Source: Psammoneis japonica (Eukaryota). Taken from it: a stretch of DNA of 64,000 bases. A program made the translations under genes and the position numbers. The stretch spans positions 186,001 to 250,000 of the forward strand of contig QPGO01000007.1 in assembly GCA_008632985.1 (NCBI GenBank), written 5' to 3'. Positions 37,386 through 49,398 of the stretch are shown piece after piece. The first letter of the stretch is position 1. Each line of letters opens with the position of its first letter. Below the pieces are notes generated by a model. It did no database searches. It was not told the DNA's origin and saw nothing but the letters and a program-made list of their open reading frames with translations.

Positions 37386-37451
37386 AAAACAACTGTTTTT
37401 GCTGAGCAACTTCTTGAAATTTGTCGAGTTAAAGTGTCAGCTTAAATTAAA

Positions 37452-40400
37452 ATGGACGAGGCCAACTCCCGTGTTTGTGGTGCAATCAATGGAAAGTTTG
37501 AGATGCTTTGTCTGCACAGAGATGGAGAATTTAGACCACACGTGTGTTCAGTCTGTGACATTCTGCTGAAACCTAGAGAAGTTTGCTGCTTGCCGCTTGA
37601 AACATTGGAATCAGCAAGAAACTCACTCACCCCTTCAGACTGGAACAGCGCATCTGATCGTCTCAAGTCCTGCCACACTGTAGAGCATGAAGATGCTGAT
37701 TGGATCAAAGACCTGCTGCTTTCTCCCCGTGCCCAACACGCAGCACAGGAAGACAGACGACGCGTCGACAGATTCACTTGCTGCATCAAATGCCGAAGAA
37801 GCCTGGGAAGAGCCGTCACGCCAATGCACGCGACAGCGAACAACTGCTGTTTCGGTGCCCCGCCGCACGAACTGTTGTCTCTAACCGAAGTAGAGTTGGC
37901 AATGCTCACACCAGTGAAAACATGCGGATGCTGCTTCAGTTGCCTTGGCGGCAAACAGAAGAAGCTTCAGGGAAGTCTGACACGCTACAAAGTCAAGATG
38001 CAAAGCATCGCAAGAACTGTTGTGCACTTCGACGTGCTGAATTTACATCAGAATGTGATTGTGCTGATGACTGGAAAGATGACTCCGGAGCAAAGACAAC
38101 TTGTGCGTTCAAAGAACAGAATTAGGACACACTGCATGCCAAGGGCGATGGAATGGCTGTTGTGCCACAACCAAGAGTGGGTGCACCAACAGACAAATCT
38201 AGACAAAGTCAGGCGTAATCTGCGAAATCCCGCACTTGTCGACAGCACCGGCGAAGAAGAAGGAGAAAATACGAACATTGAGACCTCAGAGTCATTTCAC
38301 ACTTGCTTTCCTGATGGAACCATGTCTCCTGCGACCGGTGGTCAGCGCAACCTGGACTGCTTCAAAGAACTTGTGCACGAAGCCACTGCCAACGGATTTG
38401 ACTTAGAGGCACAAGCACAGTTGTCTGAAGAATCTGCGAGTGATTTCAAAGGCAACAACTTCATTGACGCGTGTCTGCTGCAGTTTCCTTTTGGCAGAGG
38501 AGGAATCAATGAGATGAGAATGAAGAAAGACGGAAGTCTCACAGACAGCACCAACCTTGCACACTGTGCCGACCACTTGGCACGGATTTCCCAGCCTCAC
38601 TTCCACGAGCAGCTCTTCGTGTTAACATGCTGCAACTTGACAATGAAGCAAAGGATGCTGCAGAGCGCAGGGTGGAAAGTCAGGGACAAGAATCAGGCTG
38701 CACAGTTTGCAAACGAGCTGACAGTGGACGATGTGGACAGAGCTGTTTGTGATCGCAACTTGGGCGAGAGAAGAGATTGTGGACTTGGGCACCACTTTTT
38801 GCGCACACTCGATGTTGCATCTGCGTCTCTGCCACACAGCAACGAAGCAGCAAAGAAAATGAGGAGAAACGCCGAAACTTGTCAGCATCATTTTGGTCAG
38901 GGTGGCATTTTCTTAACCGTCAGTCCGGACGATGCAAATTCGTTTCTTGTGCAACTGCACTCGGGTGTCATCCTGGACCCAAACGAAGACGTGACACAAC
39001 TGACGGACGAAATTCTTGCTGGCAGGGCCAAGCAACGTAATGAACTGCGTCTAAAGTTTCCCGGTCTAACAGCCTTTGTATTCGAGTGCTTGTTTGACAT
39101 TGCAACAGAAGAGGCAGTGGGTTGGGATCTGAGTGCCAACCAACCAAGAGAAAACTTTAACTTCTACATTGGCAGGCCAGCCGCATTTTTAGCCACAGTT
39201 GAGGAGCAGGGACATCTGACAGTGCACGGACACATGCAGATCTGGTTCGCATCGATCAACAATGCAAGAGAGAAACTGCATTTGCCAATGAGACAGATCC
39301 GACACGAAGGTGCTGAGCACCTCACCAATGCAGTTCAGAAGATCTGCAGCACGGAGTTAATCTGCAGTGAGGACTTCAGCACTAACGCGTTGCGTGAAGC
39401 ATTCGATCATGACTGTGCAGCACCAAAAATGTGTCGCACCTCTCCAAAAGCAGCAGACGACCAACAGCTGAGAAACCTGAGGCACAAAGACGGCCAGCAG
39501 TCGAAGAACGGAATGTTTGCTTGTTGTCGTCACTGCACCAAGCACTGGACAAACGTCGAGTTTGTAGAAAGCTTTTTACAGTCACGGCACCGTGCACCTG
39601 GCCTGACTCGCCATCCAGATGACCTTGCAAAGCGACTAAAAGCAATGTGTGTACAATGCCAGCGAAGTGGTCCGCAAGGGACAACAGAGGCACACATGCC
39701 GGACGCAGCTTACAACCATCACATGCACGTTACGAAGTCGTGTTTTCCCAAATGCGCAGAGTTACGTAAAATGCGTAAAAAAACCCACACGAGGAACTGG
39801 ACGTGCTGTCAAGGAAAAGGAAACGAGAGGAGCTCAAACTGGGTGACTGCCGTCACAGGCAACCAGCTGCTTCGTGTCCAAATGATTCAGTGAGGAATGC
39901 AGATGACACTCAGATAAAGTGGTTCAGCTGGGATGGGACTTTTACGCATCGGCACGTGAAGGAAGTTGTTCCGAAGAGGAGAAAGTGCGATGCTTTTCAA
40001 AACGTGTCATGCCCTGCAACAAGCAGATCAAAACTGACATGCAACACAAACATTGCTTCATTGATGCCTGGACCGTCTGCTCAATGCACGATTGAGCACA
40101 TCCTAAAAGACACCCAGAAAGATGACACTGCATCGCACGATGAAGTGCTTCGAACTGCGAACAGGACAGCGACGGAATTACGGAAACACGCATCTGATGC
40201 ATCGGAAGCAATCAGACATCTCATGTGGGGTGCTTGCTCGCATGACAAGACGAACATCATTGGACCACCACTTGCATCTTACATGACAAGGAACGGAAGC
40301 CGTTTCATCAAATCTCATTTGACCGCATGGTGCCCCTTGAAAGACATTGTCAGCACACTAGAAAGAGACGAAGTGTCTGTGACTGTAGCCCATTTTGGCG

Positions 40401-43101
40401 ATGCACCATTCTTCCAATGCCAGGCCTTGCACTGCCCATGTCGTCCAACAGCACTGGAGAATCTCAGTCCGTTTGCGTTTTTCAGTGAGTGCGAAGTTCT
40501 TCGCAACACAAGGAAAAACGAATGCGGCATGATGATGTTCGACAACAGAGCACACAGGCACCCGTCTTGTGGTTCAACGAAGAACAAGTTTCTTCAAGGT
40601 GTCAGACAGCGACAGCAACCGCAATTGTCAAAAGCACTTCAGCATGATTTTCCTGATGCAGCCAAGTTTGGTGGTTGCCTTGTAAATCCGCAGCAACCAA
40701 CAACACCAGACAAAGAATTGCGCTGCAAGTTGGCATTGGCCTTGTTTGCGCCTTACAGAACAATGACGGAACTCAAACCAATGACCCACACATGCCTGCG
40801 TGAATTCCAACTCTCCGCAGCAGCCGGTGTATTACAGAGGAAAACTTGAACTTCTTGCAGAACCTGCAGGATGCCAAGTCCAACTGCCTTCGTCTCAAAA
40901 GTGCATCTGACGATCTGCAAAGAAAGACGGAGCAATTTAGACCTGCTGACGTTGCGTTTGACTGTCACGAAAGTGACGAGGAAGAAGGTCTTTCAGGCGC
41001 CGTTCAGGGTCAACTGCTGGATGCACTCTTGGAAGAAATGGCAGAGCAGCCAGAAGACGATGACATTGGGTTGAGTGACCAAGCAGTTGTTCCTGCGCAT
41101 TTGAGTGGCAAACGTGCAAGACAGAAAGGTTCACACATGGGTGGTTGCAAATGCTTGGCAGACATGCACACTGACCCACCAAACGAGGAAAGCCAGGTCA
41201 ATGAACGACAACTTTTTGAGAATCTAGAGGGCGGCGATGACACCGACGAGGAAGACCAGAATGAAGGAGTGCAACAACACATCCACAGCAGACCACTGTC
41301 AAGAGACGACATTGTTCGAGTGACACTGACTAGAACGCAAAGAACAAGAAGGTCGTTTGAGGACATGACAGGTTTGGAAGAACACATCGATGTGCGTCAA
41401 GCAAACGGATCTGCAGTGAGTGTCGTAGACTGGGCTAGGAAAGCAAGACTGGACAGGCAACAGCAGCGTGCCTTTGAAATTCTGGCAGGAACCTTTGTGC
41501 TCACTTGCTGTCAAGACGCTCTTCAAGACGAGACGTCACGCAATGGACTCAACAGGAGAAATGGCAGACACGAATTCGCAACAAACCTTCGCCGATTGAA
41601 GAAACTCGTGGAAGTGCAAAGACACAGAACGTTGCAACTTGTGTGTTTTTTACATGGTGCAGGTGGAAGTGGCAAATCAACCACAATGGACCTCGTCGTG
41701 GAATGCGGAAGAGAGTGTTGCTTGCTCATTGAGCAGCCGTTCACAACAAGCACAATCAGAATGACTGCACTGACCGGAGTGGCTGCCACCATTCTCAAAG
41801 GGGGCACAATCCACCGAGTTGCACACCTCATGAGAAGAAAGCAAATGACCGAAGAGCAAATTGAAGCATGGTCAGACACGAGACTTTTGGTGGCAGACGA
41901 GATTTCTTTTGCAAGCAAGAGAGAACTAGAAAAACTCCATGAGAATTTGACAGTGTTGAAGAGCGAATCAAGCAAGCCATGCGGTGGCATGAACATTGTT
42001 TTCGCAGGTGACCTCAGGCAACTAGAACCAGTCGGAAAAGGAGTGAAACCACCACACAAAGATGCATGTCCCGAGTTTCACGAGTGGATCAACTGCTGCA
42101 CAGAACTTCGTGGTGCACACAGGTTTAAAGACGATCCATCATGGGGAAAACTGCTCAAGAGATTCCGCGCTGGCAAGATTACAGTTGACGATGTGGAGTG
42201 CATCAACGAACAAGCAGTTCAGAACAAAGATGATCTGCCCAGTGACCTCCGCTGTGCTGCATGCGCAAATGAGGACAGAGATGCAATTGACACTGGCCCA
42301 TTCGAAAAAAGAGCAAAAACACTGCATGGAAGAGATGGAGACGTCCTTGACTCAATGTTGATTTTCAGTGACGACTTGCAGGCACAGAATGGCACGAGAC
42401 TCTGCCAACCATTTCCGGTTTACAACAGCTTCTGGAACAACTGTGGTGAAGGAGACGTTGTCATGCAATCAGGAAGAATGGATCCAGTCTTACGAATTTA
42501 CAGAGGATGCAGAGTCATGACACCTTTCAACGAAAATGTGGCAAACGGTCAAGCAAACGGAACGCAAGCCACTGTTGACAAGGTCGTTCTCAAACCAGGA
42601 CAGGAACCAAGACTGGTGACTTTAGACAACAACATTGGCATTCCTGCTGCACTTGCCAGTCAGGTAGACCACGTTGCATTGGAACACTGCAACAAAAGCA
42701 TCGACCCCGCGAAGTTTTTAGTTGAGCCAAAAACAAACACTTTCAGGGCTTGCATCGCCAAGCCCAGCCCAACTTTAGAAGAAGGTGACAAACAAAGGCA
42801 GACTTTCCAACTGAAGGCAACCCAGCTGCCGTTTGTCATCAACAATGCCACTGCAGGGCACAAACTGCAAGGGAGTGGAGTCCCGCAGTTGTTTGTACAC
42901 TCTTGGAGCTACACTCAGAATTGGGTGCATGTTGTGCTCTCCAGAGTAAAGACCAGAGAAGGGCTGTTCATGCGAAAGCCACCAAGCAAGGACCTGCGAA
43001 AATGCAAGGTCCCAGAAGGCTGTGAAGCCTTGACAAGACTCATGAAGGAGAGAAGCGCCACGCATTTTTCTCAGCAACAGTGCGCAGAAATGTCAACGTA
43101 G
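37452..43101 (+). pseudogene. Helitron-like RepHel (HUH endonuclease plus PIF1 helicase), two frameshifts
   Basis: ORFs 37452..39893, 39803..40849 and 40846..43101. Rep motifs IFLTVSPDD, VEEQGHLTVHGHMQIW (HUH), CNTNI...QCTIEHILK. PIF1 motifs GAGGSGKST, ALTGVAA, GGTIH, ADEISF, FAGDLRQLEPV, HRF, ANGT, HKLQG, VVLSRV. Confidence 0.93.
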
Positions 43102-43247
43102 TGCGCAAACATTAGATTGGGATGCTCAACCACTGCACAACTGTTTGGCGACCCCAACCATAAAAATGCGGAAATTTCGTAAAACAAAGTGTTTCAATTA
43201 GATCAGCACATTGCGTAAAAATCCACACATGCGTCACACAACGTCGA

Positions 43248-43718
43248 ATGGATTTTAACCAACAAACCAAGAAACGCGAACGCAACCGTCACAGAAAACG
43301 TAGCAACAGAGAAAACATGGATTTGCAGCAACAAACAAAGAAGGCAGACGAGCCAAAGAAAACTGGTGAGGACAAGAAAAAGGTGCAGACATGTGCAGAA
43401 CTTCTTCAGTCATTGATGAACAAGGAAGACGAAGAGGAGATTACCTTGGAAGAAGCAAGAGCGGCGTTTGACCTTGCTTCGGGAAATTTTGATGTCACTT
43501 CTGTGCTTGTGCAAGACAACACGACAGTGGACAGTCATCATGTGGAAACAACGGTCATGCCCAAGGATGATTCAACCATGGAGGAGCTAAAGGCAGCATG
43601 TGCAGCGGCGATTCCACAGCGGTCGGGGAGATTTTTCACCGAGGAGGAGATGGCGGAGCAGGAGAAGGAGCAAGCAAAGTCCCTTCAGAAGAAGCATGGC
43701 CAGAAAGAATGGAATTGA
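43248..43718 (+). CDS. Small charged hypothetical protein downstream of the helicase
   Basis: 156-aa K/E-rich ORF with no Tyr; lies inside the mutated block. Confidence 0.4.
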   Translation: MDFNQQTKKRERNRHRKRSNRENMDLQQQTKKADEPKKTGEDKKKVQTCAELLQSLMNKEDEEEITLEEARAAFDLASGNFDVTSVLVQDNTTVDSHHVETTVMPKDDSTMEELKAACAAAIPQRSGRFFTEEEMAEQEKEQAKSLQKKHGQKEWN

Positions 43719-44220
43719 GCAAATTGCAAATGACTGTTCAGCAAAGACAACCGCATCAATGCATAAAATACATGCACATGGACTTTCACTCAAGCCGCCG
43801 CGGATTGAGCATGGCCGTGAATGAGGGCCAACTGTTTGGCAAAGAAACTGCAACAATGCGCAAATTTCGCACATTTCCACACTCACTTAATCCAACGCAG
43901 CTTGCCTTAGACAACATCAACATGCACAACTAGACAACATCAACACACACAGACAGCCTCATGAAACCTCACAGAAGACAGAACGGTCAGAAGCAAAACA
44001 ACCAGCACCACGCACTAACGCATGTTAGTCATGTCGCGTGGGTCGCGCAAAAGTGCGCGCCGAAATAACCGTTATGTGTCACAATTAATTCGAACGCCCG
44101 GCGCAAAATGCAGCAAAATGATTGGTGCAGGCAATCGTCATGGCTCTATTTTCTGATAGTAGCGAGGGCGGCAATCCAAAATCTTTCGGTTTCAGACTTC
44201 GATCTAGAGAGTTCACCTAA

Positions 44221-44945
44221 GACCCTGTCCAAACACTATCATACGTATGATCATACCTGACGTCATAGCGCCTAAAATGAGCCTCTTCGAAAAAATTAGT
44301 GGTTATTAGCCCTATGCATGACGTAATTTTAGGCCATACCAACTTTCATGAGGATGTTTGTTCTCGCGAGAACAGACTTCCTCGGAAACATCATACCCCA
44401 ACATCATACCCCACCGACGAAACACGAAAACAACCGATATGCATCGTTTTTTGATACGTCCAAAGCGCATGTGGCTGTATATTATATGAGGCAACCACAT
44501 AAGACCATGCATGAGCCGCTTGTTGTCTTTGGGGGGCTTTGTGTGCCATTCTGGACTCTTCTGACACAACCATTTTGCCAAACAGTTTCTTAAAATAAAT
44601 TCATGTCATGCTCTCTTACGGACAACTGATTTAGCCATAAGTTATACATAAGCATGATTTTTTTATCAATAGGTGTCCTTTGTATGGCTTATTGTCGCCT
44701 TATGGTTGCGTTTTCGTCGTCATGGTCATGTCGCTCTCGTCGTGTTGTTATCGCTGGTTCATTCATGTTGTATCTGGTGTTGCTTCGCGTACTGTAAGTT
44801 TGAATCATTCGATTAATGTCTATGAGGTACTATCATACGTACGAATGTGTTTGGACAGAACATTACGGGTATGACCTATGACGTCATCATAAAAGCCTGC
44901 GTGACGTGGGTATGATCATACCTATGATTGTGTTTGGACAGAGTC
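44221..44945. mobile_element. PIF/Harbinger (Tourist-like) MITE, 725 bp
   Basis: 37-bp TIR GACCCTGTCCAAACACTATCATACGTATGATCATACC with 3 mismatches to the right end. TAA TSD at 44218-44220 and 44946-44948. Confidence 0.9.
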
Positions 44946-44970
44946 TAAAAAAAAAAAGAGGAGGAACCAA

Positions 44971-45126
44971 TTATGACCATAATTTCGGTAACTACGACTA
45001 CTAGCGGCCATCTCGGTGGGATCATCAGAGCTGATGAAATTTCGACGCCGACTATGATTATGACCATAATGTCGGTAACTACGACTACTAGCGGCCATGT
45101 CGGTGGGATCATCAGAGCTGATGAAA
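44971..45126. repeat. 87-bp-period tandem duplication
   Basis: TTATGACCATAAT.TCGGTAACTACGACTACTAGCGGCCAT.TCGGTGGGATCATCAGAGCTGATGAAA at 44971 and 45058. Confidence 0.9.
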
Positions 45127-45226
45127 CACAGTGCATCAAAATTAGAGCAGTTTAGATTACACATACGTACACCATAAAATCTATATGCAAAATGCTGTAA
45201 AAGTAGAAAGAGCGTGAAGTGATCCA

Positions 45227-46585
45227 TCAGAAAGAAATTCCAATATCAAACGGAACAAGAACCTCTGACGAGCGATTCATGATTCTGTTTTCGACGGTTT
45301 CACCGCGATTGATGGAGTAAGTTCGGCGTGAGAAGCCGCCCCATTTCGTAAAGGTGATGACATTCACACGAACCATTTCCGTGCCGTCGTCATTGGTAAA
45401 ACATTGAACAGACGGCGTTACATCAATGCGCCTTGCCTTTTTCTTGTCTTTCGGAGGATACTTACGCAAAATGCCTTCGAGCGCAATCTTGTTACAAACG
45501 AGTTTGACATCATTGTAATTCGCGTGCCACCATAGGTAGAACTGGTTACCCATTATGGAAAGGGTGACAAGCTCCATGTACCCTTTTGGAGTATCCTCCA
45601 CGATTAGTTCATCTAAGTAATTCGGGCAACCTTTCCGCAAGGTACTGCAATAGTTGAAATAGTCTTTCAAAGTGGCCAACTTATCTTCTTCTTGATTTCT
45701 CACGTACAGAATCGGATAACCACCAAGTCCATCAAACTTGTAAACATATTCGAGAACATCTCCCTCGGCAAGAGAGATGTGATCCATCACGTCCATGTAC
45801 ACGGCTACATCAAAGTCGCCTTCCTCAAGTGTTGGATTAAAGTTTTCAAAGTCCACCAGGTGTTCTGTAAAAGGCAAATCCCGCCAAAGAGCAGCCATGG
45901 CTGTAGTAGAAGCCTCACACACTCTAGTTACATCCACCTGCTCGGAGCAGTCCCATTTGTCACATGGCTTGAATGGGGATTGCGCATCATTGGTAGCATT
46001 ATCGTCCGGGACACTGGTAGCGGCTGTGCTATTGTCGCCTTCCTCGTTTACATGTGTGGCGAACTTAGTTGCGAGGCACGCAACCCGGGGATGACCGGTG
46101 ACCGTAACTGTAAAAATGCAAGAGTCTGTATGTGTGTTTGTGCCGATAGCCTCACAAGTGACTTGCGTGGGAGAGGTGGTTGCGAATAAAGATCCACTTG
46201 GGGGAGTACAAGTCCAGTCTTGAATGTCAGAAAGCCTGTTGAGTTTGACATGATCATCATAATTCACTGCAGTAAGAACACTGTCTTCAGATTGATCGAC
46301 TACAATATCCTCACACTTGATCATACAATCTTCGTAACAAGGGAACCCTTCGATTGGCCAGGGTTCGCAGATTCCGTCACCGCAGCCGGGGCAGGGGCGA
46401 TCATCAACGTCCATCTTTTTCTTAGAAATGAGCCTTGTCACGCACACCCCACCTTTCGATTTATCAGACCTGTGGCACGGTTTCGATGGACCCAGCCTTC
46501 TGTCACCACGGAGGAAAGTACGAGGCAAATCACCATGGTGACCCATTGTCACTCCCTCCGAAGCAGAAGCAAGACGATGGGACAA
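45227..46585 (-). CDS. HYR-like domain plus conserved unknown C-terminal domain (paralog A)
   Basis: CEDIVV...CTPPSGSLF...TQVTCEA...SCIFTVTV (HYR-like). C-terminal ~240 aa highly similar to 48196..49398. Start uncertain. Confidence 0.75.
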   Translation of the reverse strand: MSHRLASASEGVTMGHHGDLPRTFLRGDRRLGPSKPCHRSDKSKGGVCVTRLISKKKMDVDDRPCPGCGDGICEPWPIEGFPCYEDCMIKCEDIVVDQSEDSVLTAVNYDDHVKLNRLSDIQDWTCTPPSGSLFATTSPTQVTCEAIGTNTHTDSCIFTVTVTGHPRVACLATKFATHVNEEGDNSTAATSVPDDNATNDAQSPFKPCDKWDCSEQVDVTRVCEASTTAMAALWRDLPFTEHLVDFENFNPTLEEGDFDVAVYMDVMDHISLAEGDVLEYVYKFDGLGGYPILYVRNQEEDKLATLKDYFNYCSTLRKGCPNYLDELIVEDTPKGYMELVTLSIMGNQFYLWWHANYNDVKLVCNKIALEGILRKYPPKDKKKARRIDVTPSVQCFTNDDGTEMVRVNVITFTKWGGFSRRTYSINRGETVENRIMNRSSEVLVPFDIGISF

Positions 46586-48195
46586 GTCGGAGGTTGTGGA
46601 AAAAGCATGGTTGCGTTTTTGGGTCTGTGGATGATCCTTAATCAGATTCCAGAGTCACAAAAAGGTGTAAGTGTAAGCTAAAAGACAGTACGAAGGACGG
46701 GTGGGGATTCTCGCCGTCGTCATCAAATCTCCTTCATTTTGTGTCGTTTGATGTTATGCACATACAAGTTCAAAGTTTCCAAGAAGTTGTTGAACTGTGC
46801 CGTGTTTTTGTGTTGTGGAGTCGCGCGCATTTTGTCCAGGGGCCCCCGTTCCCAATCTGCCGTACTTTCTACGTAAACAGCGCGGGGCCCCACATCTGTC
46901 TTTCCCCCTGAAATCATACAGTACTTGTAACCACACCGTAAGAGCCATAAAATCATGGGCGGGAGTTTATTTCCTCCCCTTCTCGCCTTTCCGTGCGTAG
47001 TACAATAGTGAATCGACTCACTCGACTCAAATTGAGAACGCATGGAATTTTTTCAGTTTCCAGCCCGACACCTGGGACCGAGCGAGGACCAACACGGGGT
47101 GCGCCTCAAGGCAACAGCATCGGTGGAGGGAACGCCGGTCTCGAGAACAAGAATGGATGCTTGTGACAATGGCTGCGAGTAGCACCACCACGATCCATGA
47201 CAGTCATGTTACGCACCTTATCAAGGTTTGTATGTCCTCGAGGAGGGTGAAGTTTGAGACTATCCTCGGTTTCTGTGGCGGCAGAAACAAGGGTCAGCGC
47301 CCATCACGACATTATTACCGTCGCCGCCGTGCACGTTCATACATCCCATTGGTCCATGATACTCACCCGAGAAGCCTCGTCGGATACAGAGGATGACCAG
47401 AGTGATTTTGAATGGGAAGATAACCATCGTTCATTTGTGTTCTTATCGATTGTGTTTTTTGAGAAAATGCGCGGGAAACCTTGCCGGAAGGTCTGTGTTC
47501 GGGTTTGGTTGACACGAAGGTGTCACCAATGAGAAGCCCTATGTACCGAGTTTAGGACAACCAAGGATATGGGGAAGGACTACAACATGCCTGTCCATTC
47601 TGAAGAAACGGATTGTCACTACACAGAATCACGTCGGAATAGCGTGACCTTGGAGTTTTCCCCCGTTAGGGCCATTTTAGAAATTGACCGAATGGGTAGC
47701 TATCCCGATGAAACACGGTAAGAGATCTAGATAATTAACAATGACAAAACTTGTGCTTTGAAACACAATAACTCCATTGACCATACTATGTTGATTGGAG
47801 GTGTTCATCCGACGTTTGACTGGAGAATACATGCAACCACTTACGTAGAGGCATAAGTCGTACAGTTACAAAATGGTGGAATTGCGCAGGTAGCTCGGCA
47901 AACACGTACAGACCAGGCAAAGTGATCATCAGCATTCGCCTCACGTTACAGTCTACTTTTTCCCTCCTCCAACGCCAACAGAGCGAGAGTGTCGGACAAT
48001 TATGTTCTCTCTTGCTCGTTTCGATTCTTTTCGGCTTTCGGCACCTCCTATGATTACGACTATTGACCCTATCGGTAGGATCACCAGAGTTGACGAAACA
48101 CAGTGCGTCTCTATTGGATCAGTTAACATAACACATCTGTAAACCATATTTCTTTATGTAAAATGCAGTCAATAGAAAGAGCGTGTAGTGATACA

Positions 48196-49398
48196 TTAGA
48201 AAGCGATGCCAATATCAAACGGAACAAGAACCTCTGACGAGCGATTCATGATTCTGTTTTCGACGGTTTCACCGCGATTGATGGAGTAAGTTCGGCGTGA
48301 GAAGCCGCCCCATTTCGTAAAGGTAATGACATTCACACGAACCATTTCCGTGCCGTCGTCATCGGTAAAACATTGAACTGATGGCGTTACATCAATGCGC
48401 CTTGCCTCTTCCATGTCTTCTTCTGTAAATGTGTCACCCATGTCGTATTCATCATCCGTCGGAGGATACTGTTGCAAAATGTTCTCGAGCGTCTCCTTGT
48501 TGCACACGAATTCATAATCATTGTAATTCGAGTGCCACCATAAGTAGAATTGACTTCCCATTACGGAAAGTGTGACAAGCTCCATGTATCCCTTTGGAGT
48601 ATCCCCCACGAGTAGTTCATCCAAGTAAGTCGGGCAGCCTGTCCAGGCACTGCAAGTTCTATTGTTGAAATAGTCTTGCGAAGTGGCAAATGGATCCTCG
48701 TCTTGATTTCTCACGTATAGAATCGGATAACCACCCATTCCATCAAACTTGTACACATAGTCGAGAACATCTCCCTCGGCAAGAGAAATGTGATCCATCA
48801 CGTCCATGAACACGGCGACATCAAAGTCGCCGTCCTCAAGTGTTGGATTGAAGTTTTCAAAGTCCACCAGGTGTTCTGGAAAAGGCAAATCCCGCAAAAG
48901 AGCAGCCATGGCTGTTGTAGAAGCCTCACATACAGCAGTTACATCTACCTGCTCGGAGCAGTCCCATTCATGTGGCTCGTAAGGGAATTGCGTACTACTA
49001 TTAGTACTATCATCTGGGACCGGGGTAGCAGTCGAGTTATCGATGTCGACAGGAATTTCCGTTGCTGTGCTATTGCTAGTTCCATCATCCGGGACCGGGG
49101 TAGTAGTCGAGTTATCTTTATCGACATGTCCTTCCGTTGACGTGCTATTGTTTCCCACCAGATTAGTCGATGACTTGTCCCCATCTTTATCAGAAAGAGT
49201 CATAGGAAGAACCGTAGCTAGAACAACAATCACAAACAGGAGCAGCAGCGCAGCTCCAATCCAGAAATTGCGATGAGAAGGTTGGTTCGTCGCGCTCTTG
49301 TCGCCATCTTGAGGCGGGGCACTTTCTTGTTTCTCAGGTGCACTCTCAACGTCAACCTCTATGTCGCTTTCCTCGCTGTGTGGTTTTATCTTCATCAT
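48196..49398 (-). CDS. Type II membrane protein with the same unknown C-terminal domain (paralog B)
   Basis: Single TM (FWIGAALLLLFVIVVLATVL), S/T/N-rich repeated stalk, shared domain YVYKFDGMGGYPILYVR...QFYLWWH.NYND...FTKWGGF. Confidence 0.85.
   Translation of the reverse strand: MMKIKPHSEESDIEVDVESAPEKQESAPPQDGDKSATNQPSHRNFWIGAALLLLFVIVVLATVLPMTLSDKDGDKSSTNLVGNNSTSTEGHVDKDNSTTTPVPDDGTSNSTATEIPVDIDNSTATPVPDDSTNSSTQFPYEPHEWDCSEQVDVTAVCEASTTAMAALLRDLPFPEHLVDFENFNPTLEDGDFDVAVFMDVMDHISLAEGDVLDYVYKFDGMGGYPILYVRNQDEDPFATSQDYFNNRTCSAWTGCPTYLDELLVGDTPKGYMELVTLSVMGSQFYLWWHSNYNDYEFVCNKETLENILQQYPPTDDEYDMGDTFTEEDMEEARRIDVTPSVQCFTDDDGTEMVRVNVITFTKWGGFSRRTYSINRGETVENRIMNRSSEVLVPFDIGIAF

Larger units (their letters stand above)
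27880..44100 (+). mobile_element. Large TpA-depleted block containing a Helitron-like element (Rep-PIF1) and putative cargo genes; termini not defined
   Basis: Continuous mutated composition over ~16 kb, containing RepHel, SET, TET/JBP-like and DOT1-like ORFs. 27880-30200 is more decayed and may be separate or nested elements. Confidence 0.7.

Noticed and set aside
7340..43101. Alternative genetic code (Cys/His codons read as Tyr)
   Set aside because: Host genes in the same window use TAC/TAT at conserved Tyr positions, and the change also affects non-coding LTR DNA.
1..44000. Hundreds of overlapping Cys/His-rich ORFs in all six frames as real genes
   Set aside because: They are a by-product of TpA loss, which removes TAA/TAG stops and enriches TGC/CAC codons.
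44040..44210. Helitron 3' terminus (hairpin plus CTAG near 44204)
   Set aside because: No convincing GC-rich hairpin at the expected distance from CTAG, so the end is left undefined.
45030..45130. Hammerhead ribozyme (CTGATGA motifs in a tandem repeat)
   Set aside because: No stem II followed by GAAA, and no compatible stems I/III could be found.
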